Origin: an uncultured Acidimicrobiales bacterium
GTDB lineage: Bacteria; Actinomycetota; Acidimicrobiia; Acidimicrobiales; UBA10347
Assembly (NCBI GenBank): GCA_943788915.1
Contig: CALSSD010000012.1
Location: 124,001 to 172,643, forward strand
Direction of reading: 5' to 3'
Length of the DNA: 48,643 bases
In this document: positions 40,565 to 48,643 of the stretch, piece by piece
How the letters are laid out: every line of letters starts with the position of its first letter
Position numbering within the stretch: position 1 is the stretch's first letter
The notes under the pieces: model-generated
Database searches by the model: none
What the model saw: the letters and a program-made list of their open reading frames with translations, nothing else
Told to the model about the DNA's origin: nothing
Made by a program: the position numbers and the translations under genes

Positions 40565-42123
40565 GTGAGGGTGTTTGTGTCTGGTTTTGTGGGTGTGTGG
40601 GGTCGTTTGGCGGCTTTGTTGGTGTTGTTGTCGGTGGTGTTGGTGGTGGCTGGGCCATCAGCTGATGCTCAGGCTGACTGGAGCCAGCTCGGTGTCGATA
40701 TCGACGGCGAAACCGCAGGCGATTTGTCCGGCTGGTCGGTGGCGATGAATGCTGCTGGTGACACGGTCATCATCGGCGCACCCTACAACGACGGCAACGG
40801 CGATAATGCGGGTCAGGCTCGGGTGTTCACGTTGACTGACGGTGGGTGGGTGCAGGTCGGTGCCGATATCGACGGCGAAAACGCAAGCGATCTGTCCGGC
40901 GGTCGGTGGCGATGAATGCTGCTGGTGACACGGTCATCATCGGCGCCACCTACAACGACGGCAACGGCGATTATGCGGGTCAGGCTCGGGTGTTTACGTT
41001 GACTGACGGTGGGTGGGTGCAGGTCGGTGCCGATATCGACGGCGAAACCGCACGCGATAATTCCGGCGTTTCGGTGGCGATGAATGCTGTTGGTGACACG
41101 GTCATCATCGGCGCACCCTCAACGACGGCAACGGCGATGATTCGGGTCATGCTCGGGTGTTCACGTTGACTGACGGTGGGTGGGTGCAGGTCGGTGCCGA
41201 TATCGACGGCGAAACCGCAGGCGATGAGTCCGGCTTGTCGGTGGCGATGAATGCTGTTGGTGACACGGTCATCATCGGCGCATACGGCAACGATGGCAAC
41301 GGCGATGATTCGGGTCATGCTCGGGTGTTTACGTTGACTGACGGTGGGTGGGTGCAGGTCGGTGCCGATATCGACGGCGAAACCGCAGGCGATGAGTCCG
41401 GCTTGTCGGTGGCGATGAATGCTGTTGGTGACACGGTCATCATCGGCGCCACGCTCAACGACGGCAACGGCGATAGTTCGGGTCATGCTCGGGTGTTTAC
41501 GTTGACTGACGAGTGCGTGGGTGCAGGTCGGTGCCGATATCGACGGCGAAGCCGCAGGCGATGAGTCCGGCTGGTCGGTGGCGATGAATGCTGCTGGTGA
41601 CACGGTCATCATCGGCGCCCCCTACAACGCGGCAACGGCGATTATGCGGGTCAGGCTCGGGTGTTCACGTTGACTGACGGTGGGTGGGTGCAGGTCGGTG
41701 CCGATATCGACGGCGAAAACGCAGACGATCAGTCCGGCTGGTCGGTGGCGATGAATTCATCTGGTTACGCCGTGATCATCGGCGCCCCCTTCAACGACGG
41801 CAACGGCAGATTATTCGGGTCATGCCCGGGTGTTTAGGTCAGCGCCTGAACCCACACCGACTTCAGAGGCTGGGTTTGCTGCGGCGGTGCCGTACCCAGG
41901 GCCTTTCACTCAGATGCCTGAGCTTGCTGGCGCACCGTATGGCTGGGGCACTTCACCAGTTCCTGCTGCCAGCCCTGAAACCCCGACTGCAGCGGCCGCT
42001 GCCGGCGATGGGGTTGCTGGTCTTGCTTACACCGGGACAACCACAACGACCCTGGCGTATCTTGCTGTAGGTCTGATTGGGTTTGGCGCCCTACTCGTAC
42101 CGGTTAGCCGACGCCGCAACTAA
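40565..42123 (+). CDS. 7-blade FG-GAP beta-propeller surface protein 3 with LAYTG anchor; frameshifts
   Basis: 7 units from about 40697 to 41703; LAYTG-TM-RRRN tail. Confidence 0.85.
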
Positions 42124-42351
42124 ATCAGGTTGCTTGCGGGCTTGCTCGATCCGGTACGGCGTGGGTGTGTCCCCGAAGGCCGCTTGTCGGTGCCGGTGTG
42201 GCTTTGCACGTGGGGATCCCCGAGGGTGCGGCCTGGCCGGTATGAGTAGCTGTCGTTATTGTAACCGAATTCGGATTCGGTTTGCCAGGGGTGCCGTCGA
42301 TATGGGCGACGATCCGGCTGTGGTCTGTTTTGCCTTTCGGTGTTGGTGTGG

Positions 42352-42568
42352 TGTCACCGGTTACGTCACTGGCTACGTCACTCGGTTGTTTCGGTGCTCT
42401 CATTTCTTTAGTTTTTCGGGCCGAGTGAAGTCGAGTGACGTAGTGACGTAGGAGTGCCTAAAGGCACTCACTCCTACGTCACTCGCTGCGCTTTCGTCAC
42501 ACGACGTCACTGCAACTCTGTGAGTGACGTAGATGGTGTGCGTCACTGGTGCGTCACTCGTATCACTC
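42352..42568. other. Putative iteron-type replication origin of the element
   Basis: About 10 CGTCAC/GTGACG copies in both orientations, plus a perfect 15-bp inverted repeat (42442-42456 / 42469-42483), directly downstream of the helicase gene. Confidence 0.7.
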
Positions 42569-43721
42569 ATGGTCGAAGTGCGGCCCGTAGACATCACGAC
42601 CGAGGTCGGTGAGTCGATGAATTTTTGAGTTCCGTGGACCGTCTTCGACAGATAGTTCTTTGCGTTTCACCATGTTGGTGAGTTCACTTCTGGTCGTGCG
42701 GTCGTTGCGGTCTTTTCCTAACCCGACGAGGATTGCCGAGCCTGAACCTTCGTCGTACATGTGAAGCCATACGGCGATCTCGATGGCTAGCGGTGAGGTG
42801 CCTTCGGTCTCGTTGAGTTCATCGGCGTGAACGGTGACACCGCCGTCGGGATATGACGTGATGGTGAGTTCGACGACGACCGGGTAATCGCCCCGGTATC
42901 GACCCCGGTGGTAGCCGCCCCGATCCTTCGCTAGTCGTAGGCGTAGTAGCCCTTCGACGGGTGCGCCGAGCACGGCCCTACCTGGGCGTTTGACGGCGTC
43001 GATAAGGAAGGAGGCGCCGGATATGCCTGCCCGTTTGTGCTGGGCACCTAGCTCGGTCGGTGGGCCGTCACCGTGGCTCTTTGGCGGTGTGGTCGATCAT
43101 GACCACGGCGGCGCCGATCTTCTCGAAGGGTCTGGCGACGATGCCGGAACCATTCGGCAACATCGGAGTTGCTTATCGGATCGAGGTTTTCCTCGGTCAT
43201 AGCTTCGGACACACCGTCGATGACAACGAATGTGGGTGCCCATTCGAGCGCTAGGTGCAGGTCGTCGCCTGCGGGCCCGTAGAGCTCGTTGTGTTGGTTG
43301 GTGAGTGGTTCGGCCGGGTTCAGGTATCGGAACCGGTCTTCGTTAGTGATGGTTTCGGCGGGTACGTCGAGGGCGGCGAGTCGCTCGGCAATGCTGCGGG
43401 CGTCGTCTTCGTGGTCGATGTACAAGACACGTTCGGTGCCGTCGTCGGCGGCCGAGAAGTATTTGTGCGGCGGCGTAGAGCGCCACCCACGATTTGCCGG
43501 ATTCGGATGCGGCGTAGAGCGTGTGGGTTTTGCCGGGGTAGAACACCGACAGGTTTTGCCCGTACCGCAAGTATTTGGGTTCGACTGGGTTCGAGAGTGA
43601 GCGCTGTTGCCATGTCGACGGGCGCCCAGGTCGAGCGTTCGACGATGTCGTCGGCGGCGGCCGGATTGTTTAACGTTTCAAGGATTGAGTTGGAGGTCCA
43701 TCCGGTGTTGGTGGTGGTCAT
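42563..43721 (-). CDS. RecA-like/AAA_25 (RepA-type) replicative helicase, frameshifted
   Basis: Walker A AASESGKS, YIDHED, Walker B FVVIDG, IDH..K, KDR; assembled from consecutive frames. Confidence 0.78.
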
Positions 43722-44759
43722 CGGTCGACCCCGTCCGGTGCGGCCCGCCTCGATAGTTCAACCCATTCGAGTTGGCGGGTTATCTCGTCGCCAGCGCTCT
43801 GGCCCTCGGCTACCCACCAGTCTGAAAGGTCTTTGTGCTCGTCGGGTGGTTGCACCGAACCAATCCAGTTGGCGTGACCGGTCACTGATTCGATGACCTT
43901 GCCAATGAACTTGGCGCCGGCTTCGTCGTTGTCGCCGGTGACGATGACGGTGCGGCCGGTTGCGAACCGTCCCCACTCGGGTCGCCATGTCCCGGCGCCG
44001 GGCGCTGCGATCACCGGATACCCGGTGAACAATGCTTCGGTGAGGGTGATGGCGTCGGCGGGACCTTCGACTATGTGCAGGTATCCACGTTCGGGGTCCT
44101 TTAAAGCGTCGAGGTTGAACGGGATGACTTTGCGGCCTTTAGCGCTAAGCCACTTCGGGCCGTTGAACGCTTTTGGCATCCGGTCTTGCCAGCCGCACAC
44201 GTCGCCGTCGACCCTGAACGGGTGCCTTATGGCGATGTGGCCGTGCCTGTAGACGGCCTCAAGTCCGTGATGGTCCCAAACGTCATGGGACCACCGACGG
44301 CGCTTCAGGTAGCCGCTTTTGGCGGCCTCTGCGGTGGCGGGGTCGGGCCGCTGGTCGCTGTCCAAGGCCGGTGTGATTGGGTCCGGTTTCCGCTCTGGCC
44401 GTTTCTTGGCTATCGAACGGCGGCCGGTGGTCGGTGCGTGCACCTGAGGTTTCGCCGAGCATCCGTATTGCTTGGCCTCGGTCTGCGGCGTCGCCGAGCT
44501 CGACGAGTAGATCAATGACATCGACGGGGCCGATATCGCACCTTTCACACCGAAATGTCATGCCGCCGTCGGGCCAGTGAGTGACGTATGCCGAGGTCGT
44601 GTGTCCTGGCCGGTGTTGCGGGCATTCGGTCGGCGTGATCTTGCCTCGACGAGAGCCAACAAGCACGCCGTAACGCTGCCCGATCCACTCGGCGAGGTCA
44701 CCAACACCGGCGTGTATCTCGGCGATGTCGTAGCGGGTCGACCGCTGGTCCGACTTCAC
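43718..44759 (-). CDS. DnaG-type primase (Zn finger + TOPRIM), frameshifted near 44400
   Basis: CPQH..CERC..DVIDL; IVEGPADA, APGAGTW, GDNDEAG. Confidence 0.82.
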
Positions 44760-45130
44760 AGGGTCACCGCCGTGATGGTGTTGGCTTCGATCCACGCATC
44801 TAGCGTCGACGGGTCGAAGCGGATTAGGCGGCCGACTTTGATGTAAGCGATTTTGCGGTTGGCGATTAGCGCCCGCATGTGCCGTTCGGTGGTGCCGAGG
44901 CGTTCGGCGGCGTCGTTGATGTCGAGCAGACCGCATTGGTCGCCGCCTTTCGTTCGGCGGCGCGCTTTTGCTGCCTGGGCGTCTCGTGCCGGCTGGGTCG
45001 CTGCGTAGCGTTCCGCCTTATCCAGACGTGCCCATCGGGCTGTGATGGCTTTGCGGGTTTGATGAGCGACTACGGCCTTATATACGGCCGGGTCGATGTC
45101 ATCGATGTTGATTTCGGGGGTTGTCCCCAT
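44756..45130 (-). CDS. Excisionase-like HTH DNA-binding protein (C-terminal ~60 aa; may be two small ORFs)
   Basis: LLDINDAAERLG..IANRKIAYIKVGRLIRFDPSTLDAWIE. Confidence 0.8.
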   Translation of the reverse strand: MGTTPEINIDDIDPAVYKAVVAHQTRKAITARWARLDKAERYAATQPARDAQAAKARRRTKGGDQCGLLDINDAAERLGTTERHMRALIANRKIAYIKVGRLIRFDPSTLDAWIEANTITAVTL

Positions 45131-45201
45131 TGTTATTCCTAAAAGGTTTGCGCCTAACCCGTTGAGAGGGGTGGGGCGCTTGCCTTTAAGGAATCGACGT
45201 T

Positions 45202-45702
45202 TTAGGCGGCTAGGCGGCTTCTAAAAACGTCAATGCCGAGGCTCCAACACGTCGTGTTGGCGGGGCCCCGGCGGCCGTTCGGCCCATTCGTTGTGATCGG
45301 TGACACAACAGGGTCAACCGTGACGTGGTGATCGTTGCCAGCGGGAACACTGGTGGTTGCACGGGCGGCGCTAATGGCCTCTAGGGCGTCGCTAGCGGTC
45401 TGCATGGCCCGCACGGCGTTGGTAGCGGCTTCGATGGCGTCGGCGGCTTGATGGGCCGCATCGACAACGTCGGGTGTGACCCAATCGCCGGGTTCGTGCC
45501 ACGCTTCAAACTCATCGAAGCTAAACCCTGCAATGGTGCGTTCTAGGCGGCGGCGTCGGGCACGGTTACGGCATAGGCGCCGGTAGTCGTCACACTTTTG
45601 GTTGTGGTCGGCGTCGACGTCGTAGTTGGCCAGTTTCGTGGCGGCATCGTTGCCGGGTCGTCGAAAACTGGTGCGGGCACGATGTTCCTGGGGGCTCGTC
45701 AT
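45202..45702 (-). CDS. Hypothetical element protein
   Basis: Open frame co-oriented between int and xis; no family recognised. Confidence 0.45.
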   Translation of the reverse strand: MTSPQEHRARTSFRRPGNDAATKLANYDVDADHNQKCDDYRRLCRNRARRRRLERTIAGFSFDEFEAWHEPGDWVTPDVVDAAHQAADAIEAATNAVRAMQTASDALEAISAARATTSVPAGNDHHVTVDPVVSPITTNGPNGRRGPANTTCWSLGIDVFRSRLAA

Positions 45703-45755
45703 CGCCTTCACAACACCAAACCTATAGTGCCCACACATGCTGTGGCAATGCAGAA

Positions 45756-46909
45756 CTAATTCCGCACATTCTTTTCAGCCACGCACGGCGGCCGCTGTCG
45801 GCGCCGACAACCAACCATCAATAGCGGCCCGAGTGTCGTCCTCGAGTCGGGCCAGAGGTGGCTGTAAACCTCAAGGGTTTCGACGGCCGAGGCGTGGCCT
45901 AGACGCGCTTGCACGGTCTTCACTGATAGTCCGGCGTGGATTAGCGCCGATGCGTACGTATGGCGCAACGAATGCCAGCCACGGGCTTCCGCCGGTAGGG
46001 CTAGGCCGTTCGCATCTTGCGCCACGACAGCCCATTGTGTTCCGTCGTAGTGGCCGGCCTTCGCTGTTGGTGAAGATAAGTGTGGCGCCGGGTTCGATCT
46101 CCACCGGCCGGTGGTCCCGCATGTGCCGGTTCAGTTCGGCAAGCAACGAGTCGTTGATCGGAACCGTTCGGACACTGGCCGATGTCTTCGTCGGGCCTAG
46201 GTGCGGTGACCCCTTCGGTGGTGTTAATAGTTGCCGGTCCACGTCGATGGTCTTTTGTAGGAAGTTCACACGCTCCACGGTTAGCCCGGCCGCTTCGCCG
46301 GGTCGTAGACCAGCGGTGGCGATCAACCACACCAACGCCGTGAGGTGCGGCGGTGCGGCGTCGGCAATGCGGCGCACGTCATCCAGGTCCAGCGCTACAA
46401 CCTGTGACGCTGCGGTTTTGATGGTTTTGGGTAGTTGGATTCTGATTGCGGGAGAGCGCACGATTTTGCCGTCATGCACGGCGGCTTCGAGGATCGAAAC
46501 AAGCCGAACATGGATGCCTTGCACCGTCGTTGGTGCCAGACCTTTGGCGGTTAGCGACGCAACGAACGCTTGCACGTCGGTGCGGGTGATCGTGGCTAGT
46601 TGCCGGTTGCCTAGTGCGGGGCCGATGTGATTATCGATGTGGTGTGCGGGCCTGTGCTCGTGTCCCGGCCCGCCACACCTGGGCCGCCATGAACGTTTCT
46701 GCATATTCGTTCAGGGTGATTTTCCCGGCCCGCGGGTCTACGTAGGTCCCACGTAGTTTGTCGGCTTCGACGGTGGCTAGGAATCGTTGGGCGTCGGCTT
46801 TGCGGTCGAACGACTTGGATCGTTGCTTGCCGTCGTTGTCTCGGTAGAGCGCCCGCCATCCCGCCTTCTTGCCGCCACGACCTTTTTGCTTCGGTTGAAT
46901 TGACCCCAT
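45756..46909 (-). CDS. int: Tyrosine integrase, frameshifted (~46650, ~46020, ~45845)
   Basis: Arm-binding N-terminus WRALYRDNDGKQRSKSF; GLRPGE (R), PTKT (K), HSLRH, LGH..TLEVYSH (Y). Confidence 0.92.
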
Positions 46910-46931
46910 GGTGTCGCCCTTCCGGTTGTCC

Positions 46932-46950
46932 CGTCCAACATCCGTCCAAC
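46932..46950 (+). promoter_or_regulatory. Putative integrase arm-binding sites (CGTCCAAC x2)
   Basis: Tandem octamers between the int start and the att site. Confidence 0.7.
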
Positions 46951-47019
46951 AACATAGCCGCAAACCGGGGTCAAACGGTGTCAATAGGCGTCACTGGTGG
47001 TGGTGGCTAAATCCCCGCC

Positions 47020-47052
47020 ATTCCAACAAGTTTGGCCTATTCAGTGGTGTGG

Positions 47053-47079
<27 letters not shown>
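47020..47079 (-). repeat. att site overlapping the rnpB 3' end
   Basis: Direct repeat of 35281-35340. Confidence 0.95.
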
Positions 47080-47430
<351 letters not shown>

Positions 47431-47703
47431 TGGCGATGCTATCTGCCTTCGATGCCGAGCGGCGCAACTGCACGGCCCGTTGCCAGCCCCCACTCGACAC
47501 TCGGTCTTGCCAGCTCGCTTGCTGATATTCTGACGGCTCGGCGATAGCCATCCCGAAACTTGTCGGACCCAAGGCGTCACACCCGAAGGACCGTTTCGAA
47601 GGACGTCGCCGACTCGACCGCCCCGGCGTCAGCTTTGGACGCCAGAGTGTTGAGCCGAATCATCCCAGCAAGCCGATCCGCTTGCCCCTCTCGAAGGACC
47701 AAT

Positions 47704-48643
47704 GTGAACGTTCGACGACTGATCATCTTGATCCTCATGCTCATGAGCTTGACTGCTTCTGCGTGCAGCTCAAGCGAGGTCGCCCAAGAACTCGATACCG
47801 AGCAGGCCAGCGATGCAGCGTCAGAACCAGCCGACACAAGCGCAGACGTTGAACCGGCAGATGAAGCGCCCGAGCTGGTCAACCCGACGGGCAGTATCCC
47901 GATCCTGTGTTTCGCCAGCGACGAAGACTTCGCGTCTTGCGACGAACAGGGTCTGCTACCCGACGAGTGTTTCGACGACGAAGGATTCCTCCTCGACGAA
48001 TGTCTGCCAAGCGAAGAATCCAGCGCCGACACAGCGCCTGCATCGACTCCGGGCACGCCGCTCCAAGACTCGGTGGTCCCGGGCGTCGATGCCATCAGCT
48101 TGGCCTTCGATCCCTTTGTCGACTCGTTCGGCTTCTTTAACTATGGCGGGGAAGAAGGCGTGGTCAATCTGACCCCGGTCGAGATGCAACGCATGTTTGG
48201 CTCCGACGTGTGCGCCAACGTCGCCAACGGCTGCACGCTCACCCCACCTGCTCGCCAGTGGATGATGCAGATGAACGAAGCTATGGCTGGTGGCCATTGC
48301 GAAGGTATGGCGGTCCTGAGCTCGCTGCTCTACTTCGATCAGCTCAGCCCCAATGACTTCGGCGCCAACATCACCAGCGAAATTCCGTTCCAGGGCAACG
48401 AGTTCCTGCACCGCGAGATCGCATATTGGTGGGTCACCCAGGCCACCGATCCTGGTGCGTCGAAGAGGGTCAACGAGTCTCCACGCGCGGTGGTCGACGC
48501 CCTAAAGGTCTCCTTCGAACAAGACCAGTCCGCCGACGAATGGTGGGCAATGGGCATCTACAAGCGCGATTTCAGCGGCGGCCATGCCATCACACCGTAT
48601 GCAGTTGAAGAGACAAAGCCCGGCATCTACTCGGTGTACCTGT
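47704..48643 (+). CDS. Lipoprotein with possible papain/transglutaminase-like domain, 3'-partial
   Basis: GTG start, lipobox ASAC, acidic linker, FGFFNY, GGHCEGM and GGHAITPY; runs off the window. Confidence 0.7.
   Translation, partial: MNVRRLIILILMLMSLTASACSSSEVAQELDTEQASDAASEPADTSADVEPADEAPELVNPTGSIPILCFASDEDFASCDEQGLLPDECFDDEGFLLDECLPSEESSADTAPASTPGTPLQDSVVPGVDAISLAFDPFVDSFGFFNYGGEEGVVNLTPVEMQRMFGSDVCANVANGCTLTPPARQWMMQMNEAMAGGHCEGMAVLSSLLYFDQLSPNDFGANITSEIPFQGNEFLHREIAYWWVTQATDPGASKRVNESPRAVVDALKVSFEQDQSADEWWAMGIYKRDFSGGHAITPYAVEETKPGIYSVYL

Noticed and set aside
37003..42123. CRISPR array
   Set aside because: The units are 168-nt coding repeats with no unique spacers, and no cas genes are present.
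37003..42123. Complete diversity-generating retroelement
   Set aside because: No reverse transcriptase or non-coding template repeat in the window, and framework AAC codons stay invariant. A trans-acting DGR is not excluded.
35704..46909. Integron with attC cassettes
   Set aside because: The integrase has an arm-binding N-terminus and no evident IntI insertion; the intergenic modules do not show a clear RYYYAAC..GTTRRRY attC structure.

Overview
GC-rich actinobacterial DNA, most consistent with Acidimicrobiia (F420-type oxidoreductases, an ArsA-like ATPase pair, leaderless genes, LAxTG/FTG-anchored surface proteins). Many single-base frameshifts suggest long-read consensus errors, so most broken genes cannot be called true pseudogenes. 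Positions 1-35.2 kb are a patchwork of redox enzymes, transporters, cyclic-nucleotide signalling genes and several deletion remnants. Positions 35281-47079 are an ~11.8 kb integrative element inserted into the 3' end of the RNase P RNA gene (rnpB). It has a 60-bp att duplication, CGTCCAAC arm sites, integrase, Xis-like HTH, primase, helicase and an iteron-like origin. Its cargo is four surface-protein genes, three of them 7-bladed FG-GAP propellers with a nearly invariant DNA framework and hypervariable codons. Most unusual observations: (1) four unannotated 26-54 aa ORFs that share one promoter/RBS leader; three carry short signature motifs of unrelated protein families (LFFDEADALFGKRT, PIPYPN, LLLPAVQ, FGDGSVRF) and the fourth is built from internal duplications; (2) the hypervariable propeller array on the rnpB-targeting element; (3) an S8 protease ending in 12 GSSWT repeats directly upstream of a membrane-sensor GGDEF-EAL gene.
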